A DNA stretch of 63,985 nucleotides, counting the filler, from Intoshia linei (taxonomy: Eukaryota > Animalia > Orthonectida), in NCBI GenBank assembly GCA_001642005.1. It is 8 parts of 8 records of this genome, joined end to end, with 100 filler letters (N's around TTAATTAATTAA, not from the genome) between each part and the next. Parts side by side here need not be neighbours in the genome. Positions count along the whole stretch, not along the records: positions 1 to 8,146 come from LWCA01001479.1; positions 8,247 to 19,550 come from LWCA01001185.1; 6 more parts are not named here. One strand, 5' to 3'. Of this stretch, positions 1-13,315 are shown one piece after another (the stretch's first letter is position 1; every line of letters begins with the position of its first letter). The notes under the pieces are model-generated. The model did no database searches and was not told the DNA's origin. It saw nothing but the letters and a program-made list of their open reading frames with translations. A program made the position numbers and the translations under genes.

Positions 1-213
1 ACAAAATTAAGATGGAATAATTCACTTTAAAGTAAAAAGTAATGTGATATGACGTTTCCAGCTGAAACAAATTTGGAATCCACTCCTTTAAAGGATAGAT
101 AAATGTGCCTCGGCAGAGCTAGGTGCTGTTTGTACGTAGTACATAACAGTCAATTTAGTAATAATATATAATTCTACGTATTTATGTGTAATTTATGTCA
201 AAATTTAGATTAC

Positions 214-3200
214 CTGCTTTATACATTCTTGGTACTTCTGTATTTGACGGACAATTAGAATAAGCATTAACATCACCATAATTGCCTAAATTAATGAGAC
301 TAAAATCAAAAATTTTTACTTTTTATTATCAATGCCTTAACCGATAAGATGCAAGGATATCCTTTACCATCAGATTCATAAACTTGGCCTACATTAAAAC
401 CTTCACCGTCAAGGCTTTGAATGATTATATTTTCAGTGTTATAATCATATTGATGAGCAATGGTATGAAAGGATCCATTTAAAAAGTAACCCAAATGGTC
501 GTTTGGTTTAACATCAATGCAGTCTTGGTTAATGTCTTTAATCATTACCTATTTAAAAAATTTTATCATTAATTAATAATTATTATAATAATTGTAGAAT
601 ACAAAGATTGTATACACCATATACCAGGAGTCGGCAACCAGTGTCCCAAATAATAATTTTGGTGGCCCTTTGAGTAAATATGTAAATTATTTATTTTTAA
701 ATTTTCAACTTTAAAACTCTGTTTTAAACATTTTCTCTCATACTTGGCTCATTATAATCATTTTAATACTGAATTTTCAGATCGTCCCGAATTTTATTTT
801 GTTAAATTATCTAGAAACGTTTCTCTTCAGTTAAAATTGAAATGTATCATGTGTAAAATTTCAAAAACGGGCGCATATAATTGTTAGATATAAAAAAGTG
901 GCCCACGAGATGCAAAAGGTTGCCGACCGCTGCCTTATATCAAACTAACCCAAATATCGCATGTTTTGGTTCCGACAATTTAATGAATCAAACAAGAATA
1001 TTTAATATTAAAAAATATAATTTGGTTCATGTGGCTACAGAGATACCCAACATAAGTGAATTGTTAGAGTTAAATTGAAATACGGGATCTTAACGCCATA
1101 ATTTATTTTAAAATATTTTAACGGAAGGCCCAAGGTATAGAAAAGGAAAATATAAATCACCCCTACATTGAAAAGGTGTGCTTGATATCAATTAATATAA
1201 TCATGATCATAAATGTATACATCTGCAACTCCAATGTGACCAGGGAAAATATTCCAAACATGCATCAATTGAAAAGCATTAACATTGTTTTCATCAAACT
1301 GAGGTCGCCATAAACCAATTTCCACAGGTTCAGTATTAATAAAGTAAAAAGAAAAGGCAAAAATTCTGCCTTCCGATTTAACAGCATTCGCAAATAGGAA
1401 TGATGATTTGTTCCAATGTACAAATTCGTCCAACGAAACTTGATCGTAACCAACTTGTTCATAAATATCGTTACTATCTAACAATTTTTTAAAAACTTAA
1501 TTAAATTTTTCTTACTTTTTTCATAGACACTAGGAATAACGACACTAACGGGACATTGCGATTTTTTATCCAATTGATAAGTGTCTTTTTCTGTATTTAA
1601 ATTAAATACATAAAACTGTAAACTTACCATTATCGATATAAGCTTTAAATGAAAATTTGCAATGATAACCCTTTCCATCGCCAACGTAATCTTGACCAAT
1701 TACTAAATCTTTTCCTTCCATTTGAACAATTATATTTTCCAAGTTATAGTCGTATTGATGTGCGACTGATTGATCATTATCGTCAATATATATACCTAGG
1801 CGGTCATCCTTACGGATATTAACACATTGTTGGCCAATATCGGATATAGATATCTAGGGTTATTTAATAAATAATTATTAAATAGTTGTTACATGTTGCA
1901 GTCCAGCATATTCTGGCTGAATATCCCAAATATTGATCAATTTATATGATTTAATTTTGCTTTTGACAAAATTTGGTCGGAATAAAAGTACTTTTAAAGG
2001 GTCAGTATTGTTAAAGAAAAACGAAAATCCGTAAATATCACCGAATGACGTGAAAGGTTCATCAAATATAAATAATGAAACATTCCATTTCACTGGTTCA
2101 TTATACGTTAACAAGTCATATCCCATTTCGTCAGTTTTTCTTTTTTCTAAAATATTAAATTATCATGTAATTTCATACAAATTACGTGAATATTCATCTG
2201 GAATTTCAGCCAGAGTAGGACAATTTGTATAAGATTCTTTAGACACTTCAACGTCTTGATATAAATACATTTAATTAATCGAAACTAATTAACCTTTGTT
2301 GATGATTGCTTCAAACGAAAATATGCAAGGGTAACTTTTTTTGTCAGTTTTGTAATTGGTCCCAATTTTAAAGCTTGACGATGGTACCTGAACTATAGAA
2401 CTTGCAGCACTATAAACGTATTGATGGGATATTGAAGGATATTCTCCATCGCTTGATACTATAAACCCAATTCTATCTCCACCACGAACAAACATGCAGT
2501 TTTGTTTAATGTCAGCAATTATTATCTATTTAAAAATATACAGGTTTCTTTTCATATTTGTGTATACAATTTAGCATTGAATGCCATAATTAATATAAAA
2601 GTGCTACACTGTATTATTACATGTATTAATAATGTAAAATATTAAATTGGACATTAAGGTAATTTTTTAATGAATCTAAAAGACGGGTGTGATTTATTTA
2701 TTATTTTTATTTATTTATTTTTTTTCATTATAAAGAGTATTTAAAAAACTTGTTTTAGCCTAATTATAATTATAGGCTAATGTGAAAGAGGTATAAATAT
2801 TTAAAATATTTTTTAAACAAGTCTAAAATGGTCTTTATAAGGGATTTTTTCTGTATTTCTAGATCACGGTTGGAAAAATATGGACCACTGGCCGGGTCCG
2901 GCCTTAGAGCATTTAATTGGCCCGCCTGGTGCTGCACCGAATATTAATTTATAATTTAATATTAATTAATTTTTTTTTCAATATAAAAAAATTGATAATG
3001 CATGATATGCATTGCATATACCATATTGTGAGTGAGTGTTTTTTTCAAGAATAACAAACGAAATTGTAAAAAGAATTTGCCAAAAACAAACTTTTCAATT
3101 TAATTTAATTTAATTATTGATTAAAAAACAATAACTTAACCTTCATCAAAATAACTGGATGAAAATGACAGTGTAACTAAAAATCTTTATAATTATACCG

Positions 3201-6200
3201 TCATTTTGGAATATTAACATTAATCACCAAAAAATCCATTTCCATCCAATTATATATAAATTTATAACACCCCAAAAAAATTAATAATATTTTTTTATAT
3301 AAAGTTAAAGTTGCTAAAAATGTGTCTGTGTGAAACCATTTATTTAGGAAACAGTCCGTCAAAAAATTTTCAAAAACACAAATTCCTAGTCTGTTTTTTC
3401 TGATGGAGAAAGTAAAATAAATACTAATATCAAATATTGGCATCTTGACTTTCAAATACCAAAATTACCATTTGTTTACATTTTTTTAAAAATGACAAAA
3501 CCTAGAGTCTGAAAATTTTTAAAAACAAAATGCGATCAATTTTTTCTGTGAAATTTACTTATTCACGGTAAAAACACAATATTACCAATAATTTTGAAAA
3601 ATAAAAAAATTTTCCAGTTAATTAATAAAAGACAATATTAGAAATTAACGCATTTGTAATTATTTTTAATGCATAATATTTTTTAACTGTTTTTATAAAA
3701 AACCCTTAAATTGGAATTAAAAAATTAATTTTTTTACAGTGTCTAAAAATGATATTTTCATGTTAGATTAGTGCTTCTCAATGGAGTGACTGGTCACCCT
3801 CAAGGGTGAATAATTTTATTAGAGGTGAATGATTCAATTTATATTAATGACCTATGACAATGACATATTCATTTAATTTAGTAAAATTTAGTAAAATATG
3901 ATAAAAAAGCAAAATTTTACCAACCCTTAAGGAACAAATTCCTCTATCTGATTCTAAAAGAAAAAACTTAATTTACTAACCCCTTAAGGAAAAATTACGT
4001 TTTACCAATATTTTTTTGAAAAATCCCATTTTACCAAATTTTTAAATCAAAAATCCCTCCATCAGATTCCAAAAAAAATTAAAAGTAACAATTAAAATTA
4101 ACAGTTAGATCATGGGTTCTTAAACTTTTTCCACTTGACACCCCTTAATTCAATAAAATTCGATTCGGCACCCCCAAAAATGTAAGCTAAACTTAAAACC
4201 GAGAACAGTTAATTATATAACTACGGTAACAAAAAAATTTACGATTGATCAATATCATTTATTATAGTATCTTTAATATTAACCGATTTGATTTTTAATA
4301 ATATTTTTTGATATTAACCGATTGACACGACATATACGTGCAAAAATGGTTTTTCTAGTAAAAAAAAGTGGACACCCTCATATACATTATGGCTGTTCAA
4401 AAAAAAAATTAGCACATGAGCAGAGAGTATGATTTTATATGTGATAAATAATATGCCGTTATTAAAAATTCTCGAGTCTCAAAAAACATTAAGCGTAATT
4501 CAATTAATAACATTAAAATACTATATAATTAATCAGTGGTGAGCAAACTTATATATATGCGGGCCGCACAAATATCGTGAATACACATGAAACAACTTAA
4601 ATTGATGAAATTCTATTTTGGCTTGTAAATTTGATTGCTTTTTATAAATATTGAAGTGTCAAAATTCTATTTGAATAATTAACAATTATTATTTTTGGAG
4701 TGCATTTTAATTATTAAATGTGTTTATTAATTTTATTATCAAGTTTTATATTGAACTTTAAACATAATTTTACATATTATCAGTCGGCATGCATATCGAG
4801 CCTCACTTATATATTACTGAAATATAATGATTAATATAATTAACAAAAATCAATGACAAATATAAATGGACAAACTAAATAAAACCTGACAATTGTTAAA
4901 ATTACACGATTAGCACTTTTAACAAGTTGATGAATAAACAAATATTAAATTTATAATTCTTCAATGACTTAAAATTGTGAGAAACAACATTAAAGGAATG
5001 CTTGATCATTTGGTCAGATAATAATAGTTAACATTAAGAAGTTGTTAAGATTTTACATAATTATTAGTGAATTAATAAACTAAAATTTTACTTTTATAAA
5101 AACAGAATTATTTTTTTCAATTTTAAATTACTTTGAATTTCAACACTTTGAAGCTAAGCGCGCGAAAACCTTAAAAAGGAAAACCGCTTAATTTTTTTAC
5201 GGTAATTTTTCTCAAAATATATTTTTTAGGGGTTTTTAAGTACCCTCTTCAGCGTGGTATAGGGTATTTTCAACAAAAATCAATTTTCGTAAAAAACGAA
5301 CAGCCTTAATATACATATTTACAGTTAATATTTAAAAATGTTAAATTAATAAATAGAATGTAACTTTATTTTCGAAACTTCATTCAAGTTTAAAAATATA
5401 GCTTGGGTGCTCCACTTCATGTTAAAACCCCTGAGTTATATAGAAATAGGTAATAAAAAAAATATTTTTTTATAATAAATAATTTTTCATGTTGTGATCA
5501 GAAGACACGATAAAATGGTCCCTCAATGAAATTTTTAGTTATTATAAAAATATTTTGATTGTTACCATCAAATGTATTGCAATGTAAACTTTAAATTATT
5601 ACAGATAAATTGGAAACTGTCCCATAATTTATAATTTTTTTAAATTCTAGGACTTTTTTAATTTAAAAAAAGATTAATTTAGGTTAATTTATACCATCAT
5701 TACCTCAATTTCTGAGAATGACATTTTCCATCAACTTTTCAATATCACTCTCGAAAAACTGTATTAAGGATTTGATTATTTTCAAAATATGAAGCTTATT
5801 TTTAAATTAACAGAAAACACCCACGGTGTGGATCCCACACATATACATTCGATTTTAAGAAAATAAAGAATACATTTGGCGTTCATAATATACATTATTT
5901 TATTGATCATTCATTATTTAAAAATTAAAAATAACCGTTGAAAATCTCATTGGTTATCGAAATTTTCCAACAGTAGCGATTAATAATTTAAAACAGTAGT
6001 TTTTAGGCTCAGTACATGTGATCCTAATCCTCATCTCCACAGTCCTAACTCAATCCTCTACATTTAGAGAAACGGAAAACGAACGGTAACATTGCACTTA
6101 TTAATGACATAAAATGATTTGTTTTAAATATTATTACATTATCTAATCCCAATTTGGTAGGATGTATCATCCATTTTTCTAACAACTTAAACGATTCAAC

Positions 6201-7209
6201 CTTTGAGTCAACAAACTTTGGTCGCAATAACACTACTTCAATTGAATTCAGCGAAATAAAGTAGAACGAGAAAGCATAAATGTGTCCATAAGCTTGTATT
6301 GGTTCTTCAAAAATAAATATAGATCGTTTCAATGCAATGGGTTCATGTAATATCACTGCTTCATAACCTACACTAGCATACGGTTTCTCTAAAAAAGTTA
6401 ATTTAGTTTGGGAAATTGTAATAATTTTGTATACCTTCCAGAAATTCATTTGGTATATCAACCAAAGGACATTTAGTGTATTCATCGATTGTAACGTGTT
6501 TATTCACTAGAAAACAAAATATACAAAATCAGGTTTCAATCATTCTCAAAGTGGGGCCTTATTTATTTATGTTTTACCTCTATCAATATAAGCCTGAATC
6601 GAGAATATGCACGGGTATTCAATATTATCGTATTTATACTCATGATTCATTTTTAATTGTTTATTTTTTAATAGAATCATGTGATTTGTAGCTGAATAAT
6701 CGTATTGATGAGATATTGAGAGCTCATCTCCATCAATATATAATCCAATCCTATCTTCAATTTTGACTTGAACACATTCTTGGTAAATGTCGCTAATTTT
6801 AATCTAAAATGTTGTAAAAAATGACTAAAATATTTTGATAATAAAGTACATCCATTAATCCGAGCTTTTTGGGGTATATTATCCAAGAATGAATGACTTT
6901 ATAAGATTCTATTTCGTGATTTTGAAAATAAGGCCGAATCAATAAAAGTTTGATAGGCTTCATACTAATGAAATACAACGAAAACCCAAATAAACGTCCT
7001 TTGGATTTGATGCATTTATCGAATATAAACACTCCTTTTTCCAAGTCAATATCTTCGTGAAATGCAATTGGTTCGTATCCAACAGCTTCAACGTACCAGG
7101 GTTTTCCTAGATGAAAATCATTCTGCTTTTTGTATAAACTAAATATACCTTTTTGAGCAACAACCCAACCCAGCAATATGGCCAACATCCAAAATTTAAA
7201 AAAATTCAT
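214..7209 (-). CDS. Secreted protein with at least 4 tandem ~170-aa repeats of an unrecognised beta-rich domain; multi-exon, continues off the left edge
   Basis: Signal peptide MNFFKFWMLAILLGWVVAQ at 7209. Four repeats share GY..., G(R/H/D)(I/L)(F/Y)(A/G)FS(F/L)(Y/F)F, RPxF, Cxx(V/I)xxxD(R/H)(I/L)G, HQY(D/V)Y, Y(P/H)C and a CP linker. Each repeat uses the same three-exon layout with GT-AG introns (e.g. 7107-7148; a ~3.6 kb intron from ~2527 to ~6137). The last exon seen (214-~285) ends at a GT donor. Confidence 0.8.
625..932. mobile_element. Non-autonomous hAT (Buster/Charlie-type) MITE
   Basis: TIRs caggagtcggcaacc / ggttgccgaccgctg with degenerate 8-bp TSD (ccatatac / ccttatat). Near-identical copy at 49306-49602. 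Confidence 0.8.
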
Positions 7210-8146
7210 TTTTCTTCAATATATATTTTTAACACTAAATGTGGAAATATTATTGAAATGAAATATTATACGGGTACAACACATGTATAGTCTGTGTGCA
7301 TTCTTTTGTAAGGTTGCAAATATACAATTAATTACAAAATATCTAGAATATACAACTTTCCAAGTTTATCCAAATTTACTGTAACTCCATTATTTCTAAT
7401 TAGTTGAATGCGAAATTCAATGATGCGAAATATTCACATTAACTTTTAAAATAAACTATTAAAAATAATTGTGTATATGTGTGCTTTGTTTCCCAATTAA
7501 TTTCATTATAGTGTTTTTACAAGAACATACACTTGTATAGTACATTTAATAGGTCTTTTCATGTTAAAATATAACTCCTATTGCGTATAAAGGAAAGTTA
7601 TTTTAAATCAGTCATTTGTTAATAATTAGTAATGTAATAAATTATAACTTACAAGTTAGTATATAGGATGTTAATATATTGAATTCTAAACAATAAAAAT
7701 ATTACCGTAATGAAAAGTTTAACACGTATATCGTTATTTGTTAAAAATGAAGCACTGTTAATATTTTGTTTATACAAATAATCAAAAACTTGTTAATTAC
7801 ATTCATTTAATAATAACTCTTAAATATACTGAGTTGATTATAATAATTTATTTTTACGTATTGATTGGTTAATATTACATTAATGAGTAGACCAAATAAA
7901 TTAATTTTTTAATTACTGGTTAAATTAGAGTGTCCATAAGTACTTATTTTTAAATGTCAAAAATAAGTACTCATAAATAACAAATAATTTTAGTCAATAT
8001 TTTACTTGTAATTTTTCACTTTCTTAATCAATTGAAATTTTAATAAATTTATATTAAAAACACACTTGATATCGTTTAATTTGGATCCCTTTAAATTTAT
8101 TAATTAATAAAAATTAATTATTTTTTAATTATGCCAAAAAAAATTA

Positions 8147-8246
8147 NNNNNNNNNNNNNNNNNNNNNNNNNNNNNNNNNNNNNNNNNNNNTTAATTAATT
8201 AANNNNNNNNNNNNNNNNNNNNNNNNNNNNNNNNNNNNNNNNNNNN
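8147..8246. other. Assembly gap spacer (N-run, TTAATTAATTAA, N-run); same at 19551, 36436, 44204, 52737, 54491 and 62659
   Basis: Identical ~100-nt structure seven times, with a six-frame stop linker. Confidence 0.97.
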
Positions 8247-8384
8247 TTAGCCCTGAGCGGCAAGCAAAATCTAAAAAAAATGTAAAATGTTGACACCCTA
8301 ATATACATGTTACTATGTTGTGTATAATTTTATGAATTAAACTTATTACTACAATGTTAATTTTATTTATTAAATTGTTTTTAG

Positions 8385-8520
8385 GAAATAATTGTATATA
8401 TTGGTCAGCTTATGCAGTCTGATACTTGTCTTTTTGATCAAATGATACGAATCCGTTTATCTCTACTAGTAAATGTGTTAATTTTGGAACTGTCTTTCCT
8501 TTTGAACGTTTCAGAATTGA
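8385..8520 (+). pseudogene. Isolated exon resembling phosphorylase b kinase regulatory subunit alpha/beta
   Basis: After a ttttag acceptor it reads EIIVYIGQLMQSDTCLFDQMIRIRLSLLVNVLILELSFLLNVSEL. This follows the PHKA/PHKB pattern E.IVY......P.LF..M.RLRIGL......EL. No other convincing exons of this large gene are in the window. Confidence 0.5.
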
Positions 8521-8744
8521 GTATTTTTTATATTTATACAGATATATTAACCATATTATCTTTTTAACTAATAAGCCTACCTTTTATTTTTTTCTGTGTA
8601 GTCACGAAATGTATTGTAACAAAAAATAGACCCTGCACTAACCCATTAAATATGATGATCATGTTCAAAATTTAGGAATTTGTCCCGAATATCATGCACA
8701 AAATTTACAAGTTTTTTTATTTTTTTAAATAATAAAAGCTTATT

Positions 8745-9524
8745 AATGATTGTGCCGGGAAATAAACCGGGACAAAACTCCCGGGATTTTTACGATTGCC
8801 TGGGATTTCCTGAAAAAAATTAAGACATACCTGTATTTGATTTATGTTTGGTATTAATATGAAAATATGATTATATTATAATATTTAAAATTTAATCAAA
8901 AATACCATTTCAAGCCTTCATGGAAAAATTGACTTACACCGATATTGTTTTCAAAAATCGGATTATACGAAATCTTATGAAAAAAATCTACTTCATCAAA
9001 CCACAAATAAAAAATTTAATTTTCAAGCCCTTAATGGAAAAATATCCTTTTTCCAATACTTTTTTAAAAACCTCTTATTCCAACCACAAATTACTAACGC
9101 TTGAGGGAATTATCCTCTTTTTCCAATATTATTTTGAAAAATGTTATGAGTTATTACGAACTGGAACGCTATCATCAAGATTGTTAAAATTAAAAAAAGC
9201 CCTTATGACCGTTCAACCTACGTAAACACAAAATGAAAGAAATTTCTCTACTGCTTCTAATTTTGGAACAAAACGTAGAACGCGTTTAAAAGACGAATCT
9301 ATCAATATTATGTGTGTTTTGAAACACTTTTTCAACAATCTAAAATAATTAAATTTTTTTCTAATTAAATTTATAAATATCAATCTAGATTCGTGTTATT
9401 TCATTAAGTCTTAAATTTATTTTTGTTTCTAAAATTATTTAAGGTCTCTAAAATTTTTAATGCTTCTATATTATATAATATATATGAATAAAAATTTTTT
9501 TTTCCCGGGAAATCACAATCACTA
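8745..9524 (+). mobile_element. Degenerate hAT element with C-terminal dimerisation-domain remnant
   Basis: Reads ALMTVQPT*TQNERNFSTASNFGTKRRTRLKDESINIMCVLKHFF (hAT dimerisation motif P.S...ER.FS.....T..R.RL). Ends gattgtgccgggaaa ... ttcccgggaaatcacaatcactac. Related copies at ~30591-31058 and ~42165-42872. Confidence 0.75.
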
Positions 9525-10031
9525 CTTTATATATATATTTATTAATTTATGAAGAAACACGATAATTATCGTAAAATAATAATAAAAATAACAATCGCAT
9601 TAAAATTATATTTAAAATATATTTTACTCATAAAATTACTGAGAAAACTCACGGTCATGCAGACGGGTACCCAAAATTTAATTTATTAGTACGTTAGGTT
9701 TTTATTCATTAAAATTATTATTTTTAATAAAACATTTTTTGGTTGCGCCCGCCTATGAAATTAATTAAATAAATTAACGCTCCCTAATGGAAACCCGAGC
9801 CGGCATCACAAAGAAACAATTATATTTACAGGTTTTTTTAGATTTTCTTTTTCCCATTTTATCAAATTTTTTTCACATTGTATACACATTTTCAAATTCG
9901 TTAAATCTTTTTAAACGTGATTTTTTGAAATTATCACATTAAAAGGTAATAACATGAATATTGACATAATTTAATTAATTTGCTACATTTAGTTACTATT
10001 TTTGAATTGTTGACTGTATTTATGATTTTAG

Positions 10032-11599
10032 GTTAATTATACATTAGAAATAAAGGTTTTTATTGTGGGAAAAAAAGAATATCTTAAGGTTGGACCTCAT
10101 GGCATGCATATTCACAATTATCCGGGATATAGCGAACGAGGTAGATTACTTATATATCACCGGTATATATATATTATTATAGATTGCGTTGAGTATATGC
10201 AACATTATAACCCATATTTAAAAAGACATGGAGGTCCAAATTCCATAGAACGGTAATAGTAGTTTCAGTATTATGTTATTCTCAACGATATGAGAGTTAT
10301 TCATAAAATTTCAAAGTTTTTCAAAGTCAGAAATTGCCTAGCTAAGATAAAATCACTGATAATAGTCAATTATATATAAGTTTTTTTTTTATATATAAAT
10401 AAATAACATGTCAAATTAATAACATGGAATAAAAAGTAAAACGTGGCAAATACAATATTTTTTTAAAAAATTCTAATACATACCCGTTATATTAGGTGTA
10501 ATTTAAAAAAAAAATCCGATAACTAATTTTGAGAATGGCTCATTAACGAATGTGCGTTGATCAATTAAGTAATTAATATAAAATAGCTAAATTTAAGTTT
10601 ATTGTCATATTTTTATTTTATATTTCGATTTATATTTTATTAATTTTTTTTTACAAAACTTAAATCCCCGCTTCGTTTATAATGAAAATTTAAAAATGTT
10701 TGTATATTTTTATTAATGATGTTAAGCTGCATCATTTACCGTTGACAGCTGATCACAAATTTTACACGGTTGGTCTAGAGTCTAGACTCTAGATCAGGGG
10801 TGCACACCTGATGCCGTGGCCATTTGATCATAATGCAATCTATCAATTTACTTCAAATTGAAAAGTTTAAATTAGATTTTATTCAAGAGATATTTAAAAC
10901 ATTTTTAACTTTGATGATTTTCTCAATATATATTTAAAATTTATCAATGTCAAACAAAATTTTTTGCGGGCGTAGTATTGATGAGTAAAGTAGCTTTGCG
11001 TCTGAATTAGCGGAAAGGTTTTACATCTCTGCACTAGATTATTAGAAACTTATCATTTCAAAGTTGTTTTCAATATCAGTTGATCAAATCTAATTTTAAG
11101 ATTTGACATTTATTTTTTTGTATCTGACCAGCTAGTATAAAGTTTTAGTGGCCACTGTAATAAATAATTATCTTAGACATTTTGGAGATATGGGTAATGT
11201 CCATGCAACTGTGTATAATTCTACTCACAACCTAATAGACTCATTATTACTTGACCCCATTATCAAATTAAGCGAAATTAACATAATCAACGGCCTTGGA
11301 ATAATTGTAATTTTATTTATGTGATGTTTATTTTTTTTCATTTCTAATAAAATATTTAGTTGCATGAAGATGAAGACGATTATGGATTAGGTTCCTTTCA
11401 GGATTCATTGACGAATGGGCATGCTGGTGAAAGATTGGCATGTGGCCGAATTAGAACCAGTTTTAATGACACTGTATCAAGTATAATATGATAATAATAT
11501 TAATAATACAATTAAAATTTCTTAGATGCTGAAGATATTCAATTTAATATGAAATACTTGTTCCTACTTTCAGCTTTAACGATATTGTTATATTTTTAA
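10032..11599 (+). CDS. Cu/Zn superoxide dismutase paralogue A with hydrophobic C-terminal tail; 5' exon not identified
   Basis: Spliced motifs HGMHIH, DC..MQHYNP..RHGGP, RHFGDMGN, LHEDEDDYG, NGHAGERLACG. Tail NAEDIQFNMKYLFLLSALTILLYF* ends with TAA at 11597-11599. Confidence 0.85.
10795..11031. mobile_element. hAT MITE in an intron of SOD-A
   Basis: Starts caggggtgcaca; flanks ctctagat / cactagat (8-bp TSD). Same family end seen at ~15664, ~19077 and 50115. Confidence 0.65.
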
Positions 11600-13315
11600 T
11601 ATTAAACAATTATTATGTTTTTGGTAGACAAATGCATGCAATTATCTTTTGCAACTTCATATCTTGTATTAAAATTTTTTCCGATTGATCACGAATTATA
11701 ACCCATGTTGTGAAAAGGTGCGCATAGAGCATAGTCTCTTGATTTTTTATTAGATTCACTACACACATAAAAAATGTATTTATAAACATAAATACTTATT
11801 AAATATTATTTTGTATATACAATAGTAAAAATAACATTGCGTTAAGCACTGATAAGCTTAATTTGTTCCTTTTTTGACTTAAAAACTTTGATGATTGGGA
11901 AAATGTCAAAAACGGTCAAAAACCCAAGTTTACCTTTTTTTAAAAAAATCAACCCAAAAATTTAATAAAAGATACATTCTGGGATGCTTTTCAAAATCAT
12001 CAAGATTGTCGTGAATAGAAGCCTCAGAAACGCACACCTTCATGGTCAAAACCCCAAATTAACCTTTGTTTTAAAAATGAAACATATAATAAATTTTTTT
12101 AAATGTAAATTCTGGGAGTGTTTTTAACATCGTAAACGTTATCATAAATGGAAACCTTAAAAAAAATAATTTTTAATATATTATCAACTAATATTTTTCA
12201 AATGTTGGATTAAAATTAAAAATGATAAAGTATTATAATCATCTTACTATTCAAAATATAATGTGCATTGAACGTCTTAACATTTCCAATAAATAAATAT
12301 GACTGGAAATCTATATAATTGATTCCTTCGGGATTTTTTTCATTGCAATTTTTGATTCTCAAATTCTCATTGTCAAAACTTTTTGTTTAAAATTTAAATT
12401 AACACTACAACAACGTATTACTAAAAGTAATACAACTTATTTATTATTATTTTTATATTTATTACAATGCTTTGCAATATTGGTAAAATTCATCTGAAAT
12501 ATTTTTTTAAAGTGTTGTCCGTTAATTATTGATATATACTTAGTATTTTTTCTGGAATTTATGCTATTCATCATAAATAAATTAAATAAACATAAATTTT
12601 ATGACAATTTTTAGAATTGGACTGTTTTTACTTTATTTTTAATAAATTAAATGAACATTCTGTCTAATAAATTAAAAAAATGAAAAGATTTTTTTTTTTT
12701 TTAAATTTCTGTACAATGTTAAACACCAATGTTAATCAAATAAATTTAACGTGGAATAATTCACTTTAAATTAAAATGTAATGTGATATTATAGGTCCAC
12801 GTGTAAAAAGTTTAGAACCACTCTTTTAAATGATTGATAATAGTGAATAGTAGCATTTTTTGATTAAATTTTCTTATTGACAGACTTGTGAGTTTATTTT
12901 TCTAGTAGAATAAAATGTCATACAGTCACAAAGTAAATAACAGTCAAGCTAGTAAATATATACATATGTATTAATATTTTAATTTTAAAAAGAATTGAAT
13001 AAATCTTATCTTAATTTAACAACTATATCGATAAAATGAGTCCTGATTAACTAATACATTATAATTGGCCAATTAACACAATTAATATTGATAACATCAT
13101 TATTATAACTAGCTGATTATTAAAAAGTCAAAAATATATGAATAGTGAAGCTCATTATTATAAGTATAATTAGCTTTTGTCAGTGGAGTGTTGTCACATT
13201 ATTCACATACGTTGTCAAATATAAAGATTAATTTTTAATTCCTTTTTCATCGATTTTCATCTGTGTAATTCAATTTCATTCATTTTCATTATAAAATTTT
13301 TCAGTTTCTTGAAAA

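Noticed and set aside
8191-8202. TTAATTAATTAA repeated seven times between N-runs
   Set aside because: Artificial six-frame-stop scaffold linker, not biological.
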